Notes under the pieces: generated by a model
The model's input: only the letters and a program-made list of their open reading frames with translations
Database searches by the model: none
Told to the model about the DNA's origin: nothing
Made by a program: the position numbers and the translations under genes
In this document: positions 9,815 to 19,085 of the stretch, piece after piece
Numbering within the stretch: position 1 is the first letter of the stretch
How the letters are laid out: each line of letters opens with the position of its first letter
Source: a virus
IMG/VR virus record: IMGVR_UViG_3300028048_000073
Span: 62,660-126,659 of that record
DNA length: 64,000 nt
Direction: 5' to 3' (one strand)

Positions 9815-10771
9815 TTAAAAATCAAAATTTGATTTCTTGTTAACTTTTACGGGTGCTGGCGCAGGAGCTTCTGCTTTGCTGTTCTGTGATGCCGCATACT
9901 CCTCGGCGTTCTTCTGAACTTCTGCAAGTGCAACTTCTCTTGTCTGCATACACTTCTTGAACTCTTCTTCAGTGATTGTGTCCTCTTCACCGAATACATA
10001 TCCCGCAATTTTCATGTTTGTGATAAGGAACTCACGCTTTGATACAGATGTATATGTTACCTTAACACTACCCCATGCAGTCTCCTCTTCATTCTTTATC
10101 TTAATAGTTGTGTTGCAAATCTGACCCCACAACTTAACAAAAATTGGGTTCTTCTTTGAAACATCAAGGCTCTGCATATAGTCGATACCCTCAGGGTCTC
10201 TCAATGTGAAACGTACAGGCTGAATTTCTTTTCTGAACGTAAACACATAACCATCAACATAAAGGAACGGCTCTTCAATACCCTTGTCCTCATTCTCCTC
10301 AACATACTTGACACCTGTGATGACGGTTTCTACACAGAACTCATTTATTTTGCTGTCGTCTGTGGGCATAGCGTTAAGTGTCTTAATAAAACCACCCTGT
10401 GCATTTGTGATGCTGTAAGGCTCTTTTCTCTGAACGCTATATCTATCTTCTGTTGCGAGAGTTGAGTTGGTTATCTGAACAATCGGAGCGTCTTCCTTTC
10501 CGACCTCCTCAACCGTACATTTTGTGTCCATAATCTGCTTAAGTACTTTATACTTACTATTCGGTGTTCCACTTTTGCTGTTTGTAGGAAGCTCAAAGAT
10601 ATAGTTGACAGGAACCACATTCAAGCACTCTTCATCAGTTGCAATACCGATTGTGCCTTTAATAAATTCCTTACCAAAGTTATCTCCCTGCTTCTTAACG
10701 GTATAGGTTTTTAAATCTTTGTTAAAAAGTTTACCTGAAATCGTTATGTTATTCAAAATCTTTTCTTTCAT
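9815..10771 (-). CDS. Putative ssDNA-binding protein (OB-fold-like N-terminus) or hypothetical
   Basis: The N-terminus (ITISGKLFNKDLKTYTVKKQGDNFGKEF) resembles an SSB OB-fold start. A Pro/Ala-rich linker and a C-terminal FDF tail follow. The gene sits among recombination genes. Confidence 0.3.
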   Translation of the reverse strand: MKEKILNNITISGKLFNKDLKTYTVKKQGDNFGKEFIKGTIGIATDEECLNVVPVNYIFELPTNSKSGTPNSKYKVLKQIMDTKCTVEEVGKEDAPIVQITNSTLATEDRYSVQRKEPYSITNAQGGFIKTLNAMPTDDSKINEFCVETVITGVKYVEENEDKGIEEPFLYVDGYVFTFRKEIQPVRFTLRDPEGIDYMQSLDVSKKNPIFVKLWGQICNTTIKIKNEEETAWGSVKVTYTSVSKREFLITNMKIAGYVFGEEDTITEEEFKKCMQTREVALAEVQKNAEEYAASQNSKAEAPAPAPVKVNKKSNFDF

Positions 10772-10789
10772 GTCTTTTCTCCTTTAAAA

Positions 10790-11131
10790 TTAATCAACTT
10801 TAAAATCAATACCATTCTCTGTCAATTTATAACTTACTGGATTCTCGCTTGCTTTTTCTACATAGCCGATTTCAACCAACTTACGCATTGAACCAGAGAT
10901 AGAACGTCCGCTCTTACCGAGGATATCTCCTATCCCTTTACTCGTCCAAAGCAACTCTGGTCTGTCTTGCATGACCTGAAGAATCTCTTTTGCGGCGTCA
11001 GTCAGTTTTATTGTTGACGGGTCTGGACAAAAAGTTTTCATAAAATAATCTCTTGCCTCCGCAGTAAGGGCAGAGGGATTGTCTGTAATCAAATCCAAAA
11101 TTTCTTTTACGAACTGCTTTTTATTATTCAT
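10790..11131 (-). CDS. hypothetical protein
   Basis: 113-aa ORF. Confidence 0.35.
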   Translation of the reverse strand: MNNKKQFVKEILDLITDNPSALTAEARDYFMKTFCPDPSTIKLTDAAKEILQVMQDRPELLWTSKGIGDILGKSGRSISGSMRKLVEIGYVEKASENPVSYKLTENGIDFKVD

Positions 11132-11150
11132 CTTTTTAAAAACCTCTTTC

Positions 11151-11195
11151 TTAACTTTCTATATATATTATAACATATATTTTTTTAAAAATCAA
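11151..11195 (-). promoter_or_regulatory. Conserved early promoter
   Basis: The reverse complement reads TTGATT-N17-TATAAT immediately followed by ATATATAGAAAGTTAAG. Confidence 0.6.
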
Positions 11196-11842
11196 GAAAT
11201 GAGCAATTCTTTTGCGTAGGGAAGCGATTCAATCCATCTACAAATTACTCCCCATTCTCTATGTAATCTATGATTCTTGCGCTGACGATATATGTTGCGA
11301 AGCTCCTCATAGTTTGTATCTCTTGTTCGGAGCTGTAAAAATCCCTCGGGAAGAAGCTGTTTAGCCATTTCAATGAGGTCATTCATTGCTTCCGAATTAC
11401 CTGCTGCTTTTTCAATAAGATACTTATTTCTCATATCATTTAGTCGGTCTACTATATCACCCATGAGAATATCAATAGTGTCGCTATAGACAAACTGTTC
11501 AAGAGAAATAGGTTCTTTATTGTTTAGCAACTTATGCATTGTAGAACAACTATTTTGCGTATTAAAATGATATGTGTCAAATTCAGACCATATGTATCGC
11601 GGAAGCGTGAAGTCTGCTGCCACATGAATCATACGAAGATACTTCCTATGCTCAGGTCCTGCTTTAATAAGACTTTGTGCCAACTTCATATCATTGTCTC
11701 CGACAAAAGCAAAAGCATCTCCATCTTCCGCCGTGTCAGTTCTCTCCCAACTGTTCATAGGGTTTCTCATTCCGCGCATAGCGTGTTCAAAACCCCAGAC
11801 TGATGTGTTTTCAACTTTAATTTTTTCTAAATTCTGTATCAT
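11192..11842 (-). CDS. hypothetical protein; weak ThyX-like pattern
   Basis: 216-aa ORF. Only a loose resemblance to the ThyX core, and no RHR motif. Confidence 0.3.
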   Translation of the reverse strand: MIQNLEKIKVENTSVWGFEHAMRGMRNPMNSWERTDTAEDGDAFAFVGDNDMKLAQSLIKAGPEHRKYLRMIHVAADFTLPRYIWSEFDTYHFNTQNSCSTMHKLLNNKEPISLEQFVYSDTIDILMGDIVDRLNDMRNKYLIEKAAGNSEAMNDLIEMAKQLLPEGFLQLRTRDTNYEELRNIYRQRKNHRLHREWGVICRWIESLPYAKELLIS

Positions 11843-11845
11843 TTA

Positions 11846-12880
11846 TTATTTCCCCTTTGATATTCCAGCAAGAGTATTATATCCAAAGTCTTTTGACATA
11901 TAAGCATCTATGTAATATTTTTCTCTTTCGTTTAAATCTTTTTGAGAACACTTTTCCAATAGTTCCCAAGTAAAATTCCATAATCCATCTTCAAGCATTG
12001 CTTTATAGAGTTTATTATTTGTGGGGGTATCTATTCCGAGGCCGCATTTAGCATGACTCTTAAAACGCGTAGCTACGTCTACTGCCTGACCTATATAACA
12101 TCTATTATTTTTGATATTTGTTATTTTATAAATACCACAAACAGTAGAAGGACCAAGCACCTTCGTGCATAATGCAGTCATAGGTTTTTGAAACCATGTA
12201 GACCAAATAAGCATACTTACTGCCCGCTTGTTATTTACTTTCTTTTTAAAATCTTCAAACAAAAGGATATCAGAGATTTCTTCTTCTTTTAAAACAATTC
12301 TAAAGAAGTCTTGTTTTTCTTTTAATTTCTCTTGCTGAATTGCGGCTTCTTGTATTGCTCGCCAAGCACTCTTTAATTGTTCAATTTCTTTTTCGGTTTG
12401 TTCTTTATCTTTTTGAATTTCTTTTTTCGATTCTTCCCATTTCTTTTGACATTCAAGTATTTTTTCATCATACTCTTTATCTTTTTTTTCATAATCTTGT
12501 TCAAGAATTGAGCAAAAATTACTAAAAGCCTTGCGGGAAGTTTCTTCCATCTGTCGTTCTATTTGTTCTTGCCTACTAACATTTTCACAACTTGTTTCTA
12601 ATTGCTGTTGTTTATCCCTAATTTGCCCTTCCATATAGGTGATTGCTTCTTCCATTGCCTTTATTGTATTATTATGGTTATCGGCATCTTCTTGTAGACA
12701 TCTTTCTTCTTTCTTTAAAATTTCAATATGCTCTTGCATTTTTTCTATTTCACAAGAAAGGTAGTCTCGATAGTCTCGCATTTTATCAGCTTTTAAACCA
12801 AATAGTACAACAAGACCTATACAAACAACAATAGCGATAGCAATAATCCCAAACGCACCTGCGGCTCCTAAAAGTTCCAT
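11846..12880 (-). CDS. Protein with a membrane anchor, a coiled coil and a C-terminal GIY-YIG nuclease domain
   Basis: An N-terminal hydrophobic helix (AFGIIAIAIVVCIGLVVLF), a long charged coiled coil, and C-terminal GIYKITNIKNNRCYIGQAVDVATRFKSH...YNT. Confidence 0.55.
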   Translation of the reverse strand: MELLGAAGAFGIIAIAIVVCIGLVVLFGLKADKMRDYRDYLSCEIEKMQEHIEILKKEERCLQEDADNHNNTIKAMEEAITYMEGQIRDKQQQLETSCENVSRQEQIERQMEETSRKAFSNFCSILEQDYEKKDKEYDEKILECQKKWEESKKEIQKDKEQTEKEIEQLKSAWRAIQEAAIQQEKLKEKQDFFRIVLKEEEISDILLFEDFKKKVNNKRAVSMLIWSTWFQKPMTALCTKVLGPSTVCGIYKITNIKNNRCYIGQAVDVATRFKSHAKCGLGIDTPTNNKLYKAMLEDGLWNFTWELLEKCSQKDLNEREKYYIDAYMSKDFGYNTLAGISKGK

Positions 12881-12888
12881 TTAATCAC

Positions 12889-13239
12889 CTACTCTGTTTG
12901 GTCTATCCCTATACGAGCCTTTTCCCAAAGAGAATAGATTAAACTGTTTATCGTAGGATTCGTATTGTCGTACTTACTAATTTCATTTGAAGCCCAATTA
13001 ATTAAATCAATGCGCTTTGAACTCTTTGCAATATCATAGATAAACTTAATAAAAGATTGCGTGGGGCCGCCCACTTCTCCCTCAAATACGCCTTGCGGCT
13101 CACCGCCCTCATTATAGAGACAAATTGTATAATTACCGCTTGGGTTGTGGGAGTCATTAAGGTCTTCAATTGACTGATAAATCTTTTCAATATTTGTAGT
13201 GGCGTACTTTGTTAGCGGGGCAGAAAATAAATATATCAT
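12889..13239 (-). CDS. hypothetical protein
   Basis: 116-aa ORF. Confidence 0.35.
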   Translation of the reverse strand: MIYLFSAPLTKYATTNIEKIYQSIEDLNDSHNPSGNYTICLYNEGGEPQGVFEGEVGGPTQSFIKFIYDIAKSSKRIDLINWASNEISKYDNTNPTINSLIYSLWEKARIGIDQTE

Positions 13240-13253
13240 TTAATAAACTCCTT

Positions 13254-14192
13254 TTACTTTACAAGATATTTTTCTTGTATCAAATCATCATACGTATTTA
13301 TTTTATTTAAGTCATAAAAAGGAATACGATATAATAGATATCCATTCTTTTTACACCATTGGTTTTTATAATTATCTCTAAATTGTCTTTCAGACAAAGT
13401 ATCTTTGCATAAATCATTCTCTTCAAAATGTTGTTGTCCATCAAACTCTATTAAAAATAAAATATTATTTGTATTTTTTTCAAAAATACAAAAATCGAAA
13501 AATAATAATGCATTTGTTTTAGGATTTCGACAACTATTATTTCTATATTGTGAAATAAAACTTGTTTTATTTTGTTCTAAAATTATTTTTATACATTGTT
13601 CTCCTCTTGATTTGGGAATTTTACAACCACAAGAATTAACATGACCAGATTGAAGTCTTTCTGAAGAATCATAAAAAATTTTTCCACAATCACATTGGCA
13701 TTTCCAGATATAGCAACCTCGATCATTTAATTTTCCTGTATTTTCTAAAGCTATAATATTACCATACCTTTTATTTGTTAAATCCAATGTATTACGTTTA
13801 CTTGTCATTTCTCTTTTTAGACATCCACAAGAACGCGTTTTTTGATGTACTAGTGCGCTATATCGTATAGATACAATATTTCCACAGGAACATTGACAAT
13901 ACCATTGACTTTCATATCTTTTACCATAAGGAATATCTAGATTGCGTTTCAGAACTGTTAGCCTTCCAAATTGCTTACCAACCAATGAAGTGGTATCAAT
14001 TGTATGATTTTCTTTTGCTAAACAACCACAAGAACGTGTTGGTTTATTTTTTGTAGTTAGATTTGATCCTCGAATACTTTTTATTTTTCCACACTCACAT
14101 TGGCATATCCAATAAGCTGCTGCAGTCTTTTTCTCTGTATCTCTTTTTAAAACTGTTAATTTTCCAAAAGTTTGTCCTGTTAAATCTATCAT
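13254..14192 (-). CDS. Triple zinc-ribbon repeat protein with a C-terminal Vsr/DUF559-like (PD-(D/E)xK) endonuclease domain; possibly a free-standing homing nuclease
   Basis: Three repeats of the W/YxCQCxCG...SCGCL pattern. C-terminal LIEFDGQQHF...D...K resembles DUF559/Vsr-type nucleases. Confidence 0.45.
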   Translation of the reverse strand: MIDLTGQTFGKLTVLKRDTEKKTAAAYWICQCECGKIKSIRGSNLTTKNKPTRSCGCLAKENHTIDTTSLVGKQFGRLTVLKRNLDIPYGKRYESQWYCQCSCGNIVSIRYSALVHQKTRSCGCLKREMTSKRNTLDLTNKRYGNIIALENTGKLNDRGCYIWKCQCDCGKIFYDSSERLQSGHVNSCGCKIPKSRGEQCIKIILEQNKTSFISQYRNNSCRNPKTNALLFFDFCIFEKNTNNILFLIEFDGQQHFEENDLCKDTLSERQFRDNYKNQWCKKNGYLLYRIPFYDLNKINTYDDLIQEKYLVK

Positions 14193-14280
14193 AACAAAAG
14201 CTCCTTTTTATATTATTTTCATTTTAATATAAAAAGGAGCTTAATAAAATTAACCAATATCGGTTAAAAATTTGATTTCA

Positions 14281-14550
14281 TTATTCGTTATCTTGGTCAG
14301 GGTCAAGCTGCTTGCCTGCTTCTGTTAGCTTAATTAGCTTAATAGCCTTATGCGTACCATCGGGGTTCTCCATCTCTGCGGGGATTCTCTCCATAAAACC
14401 CTTCTTCTGGAAAGCCTGTGTGATAATACCATTAACAGACTTAGGTGAAAGACCAAGTGCCGTTGCAATATCATTTGCTGTTACGTCCGCGTCACCAATG
14501 CTCATCATATAATCGAATACTTTTCTTGAATTTTCACTCATCTTTGCCAT
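14281..14550 (-). CDS. Small HTH DNA-binding protein; a putative transcriptional regulator
   Basis: A helix-turn-helix-like segment, TANDIATALGLSPKSVNGII. Confidence 0.45.
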   Translation of the reverse strand: MAKMSENSRKVFDYMMSIGDADVTANDIATALGLSPKSVNGIITQAFQKKGFMERIPAEMENPDGTHKAIKLIKLTEAGKQLDPDQDNE

Positions 14551-14599
14551 AATCTTTTTTCTCCTTTAATATTATAAAATTTATATATTTAATAAGAAC

Positions 14600-14650
14600 T
14601 TTTTCGTTCTTTATTATACTAATATTATACCAAAAATTTTTATACTTTGC
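14600..14650 (-). promoter_or_regulatory. Variant of the conserved early promoter
   Basis: The reverse complement reads TTTGCAAAG-N-TATAAT. Confidence 0.4.
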
Positions 14651-14658
14651 AAAAAATT

Positions 14659-14865
14659 TTAAGATTTCCATTTAAAGATTAAGTCATCCAACTGCAGGAC
14701 TTCTTCCATAGTGAGCTTTCGCATGATTCTCTCTATCTCCTGCTGGCTCTCCTCAACCTCGAAATCTTTTTCTATATTTGCTTCAAGTTGTAAAATTTTC
14801 TTTGCTGTTTTCTGTAACTGTTTTTCTTTCATATATATTATATCAAAAATTTTCAGACTTTTCAA
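14659..14865 (-). CDS. small hypothetical coiled-coil protein
   Basis: 68-aa ORF overlapping the ligA stop. Confidence 0.3.
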   Translation of the reverse strand: MKSLKIFDIIYMKEKQLQKTAKKILQLEANIEKDFEVEESQQEIERIMRKLTMEEVLQLDDLIFKWKS

Positions 14866-16862
14866 CTATCGGCATCTTTTAGTCCAAATTTTTTGATAAA
14901 ATCTCCTTCCGAAATATTTTCTATGTTGTACTCTTTTGCTTTTTTATTTTTACTTGATGTACTATTTATGTCATTATTGATAAGATAATTAATCTTTTTT
15001 GTTACAGAATCTGTAACTTTGCCGCCCGCATTTATAATAGCAATCTTAAATTGTTCTCTATTTTTAAAATGCTGTAATTTTCCTGTGATGCACACAGTTA
15101 TATCTTTCAGCGTATCGGTTGAGGCATATTCTGGCGCAAAAGTGGTAAAACTATCTAAATAATTCTCATATATATAATCTGCCGAAGACCAATCAAATTC
15201 CTTTAGTGCTTTGTCTTTTGCTGGACCGAATCTATCAATAGTGCTAAAGTTAAATCCATCAGCGATAGCATCCATTAATTCTTCATATGAACTAAAGTAA
15301 TTCATCAAATCTTTAGCTACTGTTTTACCAATAAGGGGAATACCAAGAGCAGATATAAATGTTGGGAAAGTTGTGGTTTTACTTTTTTCTATTGCGGCGA
15401 GTATATTATCAACCGACTTCGGACCAAAACCCTCCATTTGTATCCATTCATCTCTATGGTCTTTTAGAGTATAAATATCTACAATGTCTTTAAGCCAACC
15501 TTTATCCCATAGCTTAGTTATTGTTGCTTCGGACAATCCTTTTATGTCCATTCCCTTTTTAGAAGTATAATGGATAATTTTCTCAATTCGAGAAGTTGTA
15601 CATTTTGGATTCTTGCAAACTGCAATTTTTACAGCACCATTTTGCTGAATTGAAACAGGCTCTCCGCAACTTGGACATACTTTTGGCACATCAAACATAA
15701 ATGCGCCCTCTGGTTCTGCGGGGGTAACTGCGCTAATTTGAGGAATAATCTCATTTGCTTTAAATACTGTTAGTTTATAACCTGCATACCACGGAAGCGG
15801 AGATAACATTTCCATAACGCCAACGTTATGAAGACTTGCGCGGGAAACCGTTGTACCACCAATGTCTATGGGAGTAAAATGAGCAACTGGTGTGAGAACA
15901 CCTGTTCTGCCAATTTGCCATTCGACACTTTGTAGAGTCGTTTCATATTCATCTTCATAGAACTTGTATGCGAGGCCGCCTTTAAAATGATGGTCTGTTC
16001 TTCCTTGTTTTTCATAGAAAAGACAAACATCATATTTAAAAACAATACCATCTATTGGATATCCTTTTTCTTCACACTCATATTTGATTTCATCAATAAG
16101 AGTTTCATCCCACTTACTTGCAGCTCTAAAAGGTACAATAATAAAATCAAATTCATCACGCAATATTTCAAGTCTTTCGCTTAAAGTAGTTGTAAGTTCC
16201 AGACCTTGAATAGCGTCCCAAGCTATAAAAGTTAATCTCCTTTTTGCACATTCATTTGCATCGAGGAGCCTGATACTGCCTGCCGCAAAGTTACGAGGAT
16301 TTTTATAACTGTCTTTAAAATATTCAAAATCATCATAAGTGCAAATAATCTCACCGTCAACAACGAGCTTACCTACCATATGAGGAATCTCTTGTGGAAT
16401 TGAGGGGATGACCCGCGCATTATGTGTGATATCTTCTCCAACCTCTCCATCTCCACGAGTTTCAGCACGAACTAATTTACCTTTTTCATAAGTGAGTGAA
16501 ACAGTTAATCCGTCCATTTTTCCCATACCAATATAAGCATGATGACCTACGAAATCTTTCAATTCATTTGTGCTTTTGGTTTTAGCAAGTGATAGCATAG
16601 GGTGGTTGTGGGATACTTTATTAAGTTCATTAACAATAGCAAAATGAATGGTTTTAGTTGGTGAATCAGGCGGAGTATATCCTGTTGCCTGTTCAAGTCG
16701 GATAAGTTCAAAATAAAACCTATCCCACAAGGTATCGGACATAAGTGGCTCGCCCTTATCATAAGCATCTGTTGCTGCGTTAAGCACCTTTACAAACCAG
16801 TCTACTCTTCCTTCCTCATCATCGGGGATTTCTCCAAATTGTTCAAGTGTCGTATAAAACAT
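14862..16862 (-). CDS. ligA: NAD-dependent DNA ligase
   Basis: KxDG adenylation motif (GKMDGL), ETRGDGEVGEDIT, a zinc-finger Cys cluster (CPSCGEP...CKNPKC), and a C-terminal BRCT-like tail. Confidence 0.9.
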   Translation of the reverse strand: MFYTTLEQFGEIPDDEEGRVDWFVKVLNAATDAYDKGEPLMSDTLWDRFYFELIRLEQATGYTPPDSPTKTIHFAIVNELNKVSHNHPMLSLAKTKSTNELKDFVGHHAYIGMGKMDGLTVSLTYEKGKLVRAETRGDGEVGEDITHNARVIPSIPQEIPHMVGKLVVDGEIICTYDDFEYFKDSYKNPRNFAAGSIRLLDANECAKRRLTFIAWDAIQGLELTTTLSERLEILRDEFDFIIVPFRAASKWDETLIDEIKYECEEKGYPIDGIVFKYDVCLFYEKQGRTDHHFKGGLAYKFYEDEYETTLQSVEWQIGRTGVLTPVAHFTPIDIGGTTVSRASLHNVGVMEMLSPLPWYAGYKLTVFKANEIIPQISAVTPAEPEGAFMFDVPKVCPSCGEPVSIQQNGAVKIAVCKNPKCTTSRIEKIIHYTSKKGMDIKGLSEATITKLWDKGWLKDIVDIYTLKDHRDEWIQMEGFGPKSVDNILAAIEKSKTTTFPTFISALGIPLIGKTVAKDLMNYFSSYEELMDAIADGFNFSTIDRFGPAKDKALKEFDWSSADYIYENYLDSFTTFAPEYASTDTLKDITVCITGKLQHFKNREQFKIAIINAGGKVTDSVTKKINYLINNDINSTSSKNKKAKEYNIENISEGDFIKKFGLKDADS

Positions 16863-16874
16863 ATTATAAAAATC

Positions 16875-16920
16875 TCCTTTTTTATTTCTATATATATTTT
16901 ATCATAATTTTTTATAAAAT
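16875..16920 (-). promoter_or_regulatory. Variant of the conserved early promoter, upstream of ligA
   Basis: The reverse complement reads TTGAAT...TATGATAAAATATATATAGAAATAAA. Confidence 0.4.
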
Positions 16921-16949
16921 TCAATAGAGGGGCATTAAAGCCCCTCTTG

Positions 16950-19085
16950 TTATATTTTCACCGCAGAAAGAATGACACTCTTTTTAATCATTATATTTCC
17001 AACACTCGTTCTTGTAAGCAGCGGAACCTCAGATGCGGCAATACAAAGATTATTCGTCGTGCCTTGAATGAAAATAATGTCATTTTCATCAATAGCAAAT
17101 GCAGAAGCTACAGACGTCTTACTTAATAAAACACCTTTTCCTCCACGGTTTTGAGTTAAAATAGTAGAAACATCAATTTTCTTGCCTGTTCCGCAAGTAT
17201 TGAAAATTGCAACTTTTGTATCTACTTTTGGACAAACAACTCCTGCAATGACTTTATCATCTTGCGCAAGGGTTATGCCTTTTACACCCATAGCAGTCTT
17301 TCCAACAGGAAGAACTTTTGTTGTATCAAACTTTAGTCCTATTCCATTCTGGGTTACCAACAGCATATCTTCATCACTGACAAATGCGGCAGATGCGATT
17401 GTATCGTCTTCACGCAACTTGATAGCGGCTGTTCCCGCACCCTTTCTTCCTGTGAAATATTCCTTTAATTCAGTCTTTTTAATCAAACCATTTTGAGTTA
17501 CGAATATAACGTACTTTGCAGTACCATGACGATTCAGAGAGGTTGCCGCAATTACACTTTCGTCACCTTTCATTGTCAATAGCATTGTTAAATCAGTTGC
17601 TTTTGTTTTCATTGTTCCCGCGGGAATATTATCAACGAGAGTTCTATATAGTCTTCCTTTTGATGTGAAAATCATTAAGGTATCTATTGTGTTTGTGGAA
17701 ATCGTTGTTAAGATAGCTTCATCAGGCTTCTTTATTCCCTGAGTATTTCTATGCTGAGGCTTAAAGGCTGACTTAGGAACTCTTTTTACTCCGCCGTCTC
17801 GAGTGATAATGACAACCACATCTTCCGCCTCGACATTCTCAATTTCCTTATCTTCATCTGTTAATTCGGGGAGGGTGATGACCTTTGTTCTGTGGTCATC
17901 ACCAAGTTCTTTAATTGTCTTTTCCCAACCTGCAATAAGATAAGAATTAAATTCTTCAACATCATTGAGAATGTGCTCAATTTTTGCGGCTTCTTCCTTA
18001 AGCTGCTCATTCTCTTGTATCAGTTTCTCAATTTCAAGTTTTGCCAATCTTGACAAAGTAACCTTAAGAATTGCTTTTGCCTGGTCCTCATTGATGTCAA
18101 GAAATTTTATCAATTTCTCTTTTGCATCTGTGGTTGAAGATGATGTCTTTATTAACTCAACGACTTCATCAATATTATTAAGACACTTTAGTATACCTTC
18201 ATTTATCATAATTTGGAATCTAATCTTATTGAGATTATATTCAAACTCTCTGCGATAAACTATTTTCTCATGTTCAACGTGCTCTTGAAGCATCTCTTTC
18301 CATGTAAAAATACGAGGAAATCTTCCATCTTTTAGCATTGTAAAGTTTACACCAAAATGGCTCTGTAAAGAGGTATGTTTCCAAAGATAATTGAGCACTT
18401 TCGTAGGATTACCATTTTTCTTCAAATAGATTTTAAGAAGAGGAGTTTTTCCTGTTAAATCATTAAAACGCTCAATCCCAGGATTTTCATCACTTTCAAC
18501 TATTGCTTCCAATTCTCGGCAAATTGTATTGGTATACACGCCATAAGGAATTTCTGTAACAACTAAAGTATTTTCCTTACTATCTAAATCAATTTTTGCT
18601 CTAAGTTTACAAGATACTCCATGACCAATTCTCATTGACTCTTTTACTTCATCTTCATTGAGAAGATACCCGCCCGTAGCGAAATCAGGCTGACAATAAA
18701 GTTCTTCAAAGGTTGCATCTGGATTATTTAACAATGTAATAAGAGCTTGATGTAAATCTTTTGCATTATATTGCGGAATTGAACTTGCTGCGCCGATACC
18801 AATTCCCAAAGTTCCATTTACTAAATTATAAAAGCCTTTAGACGGCAAGACCATAGGATACTGTTCTGTATCATCATAATTATCTCGCCACTCTGATATT
18901 GTATCTTTATTAATTGAATCAAACATACTTGCTGCTATTTTTGATAGTCTTGCAGAAGAATAACGCGGTGAGGCCCAGTTACCTGATTCAATGGGGTTAC
19001 CACCGTTTCCTTCAACTTCAACAAGAGGATATCTCATAGCAAAAGGTTGAGCAGCACGCATAATAACGCCTTCTGCACTTGAATC
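16950..19085 (-). CDS. Topoisomerase II large subunit (GyrA/ParC-like, T4 gp52-type), 3' exon
   Basis: MRAAQPFAMRYPLVEVEGNGG matches the GyrA active-site region. The frame is open upstream to ...LDSSAEGVIM, which matches the GyrA pattern HGDSS....M.R.AQ. Confidence 0.8.
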   Translation of the reverse strand, partial: DSSAEGVIMRAAQPFAMRYPLVEVEGNGGNPIESGNWASPRYSSARLSKIAASMFDSINKDTISEWRDNYDDTEQYPMVLPSKGFYNLVNGTLGIGIGAASSIPQYNAKDLHQALITLLNNPDATFEELYCQPDFATGGYLLNEDEVKESMRIGHGVSCKLRAKIDLDSKENTLVVTEIPYGVYTNTICRELEAIVESDENPGIERFNDLTGKTPLLKIYLKKNGNPTKVLNYLWKHTSLQSHFGVNFTMLKDGRFPRIFTWKEMLQEHVEHEKIVYRREFEYNLNKIRFQIMINEGILKCLNNIDEVVELIKTSSSTTDAKEKLIKFLDINEDQAKAILKVTLSRLAKLEIEKLIQENEQLKEEAAKIEHILNDVEEFNSYLIAGWEKTIKELGDDHRTKVITLPELTDEDKEIENVEAEDVVVIITRDGGVKRVPKSAFKPQHRNTQGIKKPDEAILTTISTNTIDTLMIFTSKGRLYRTLVDNIPAGTMKTKATDLTMLLTMKGDESVIAATSLNRHGTAKYVIFVTQNGLIKKTELKEYFTGRKGAGTAAIKLREDDTIASAAFVSDEDMLLVTQNGIGLKFDTTKVLPVGKTAMGVKGITLAQDDKVIAGVVCPKVDTKVAIFNTCGTGKKIDVSTILTQNRGGKGVLLSKTSVASAFAIDENDIIFIQGTTNNLCIAASEVPLLTRTSVGNIMIKKSVILSAVKI

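Noticed and set aside
17182-18258. 104-aa and 97-aa plus-strand ORFs inside the GyrA-like gene
   Set aside because: They are antisense to a strongly supported gene and lack any signal
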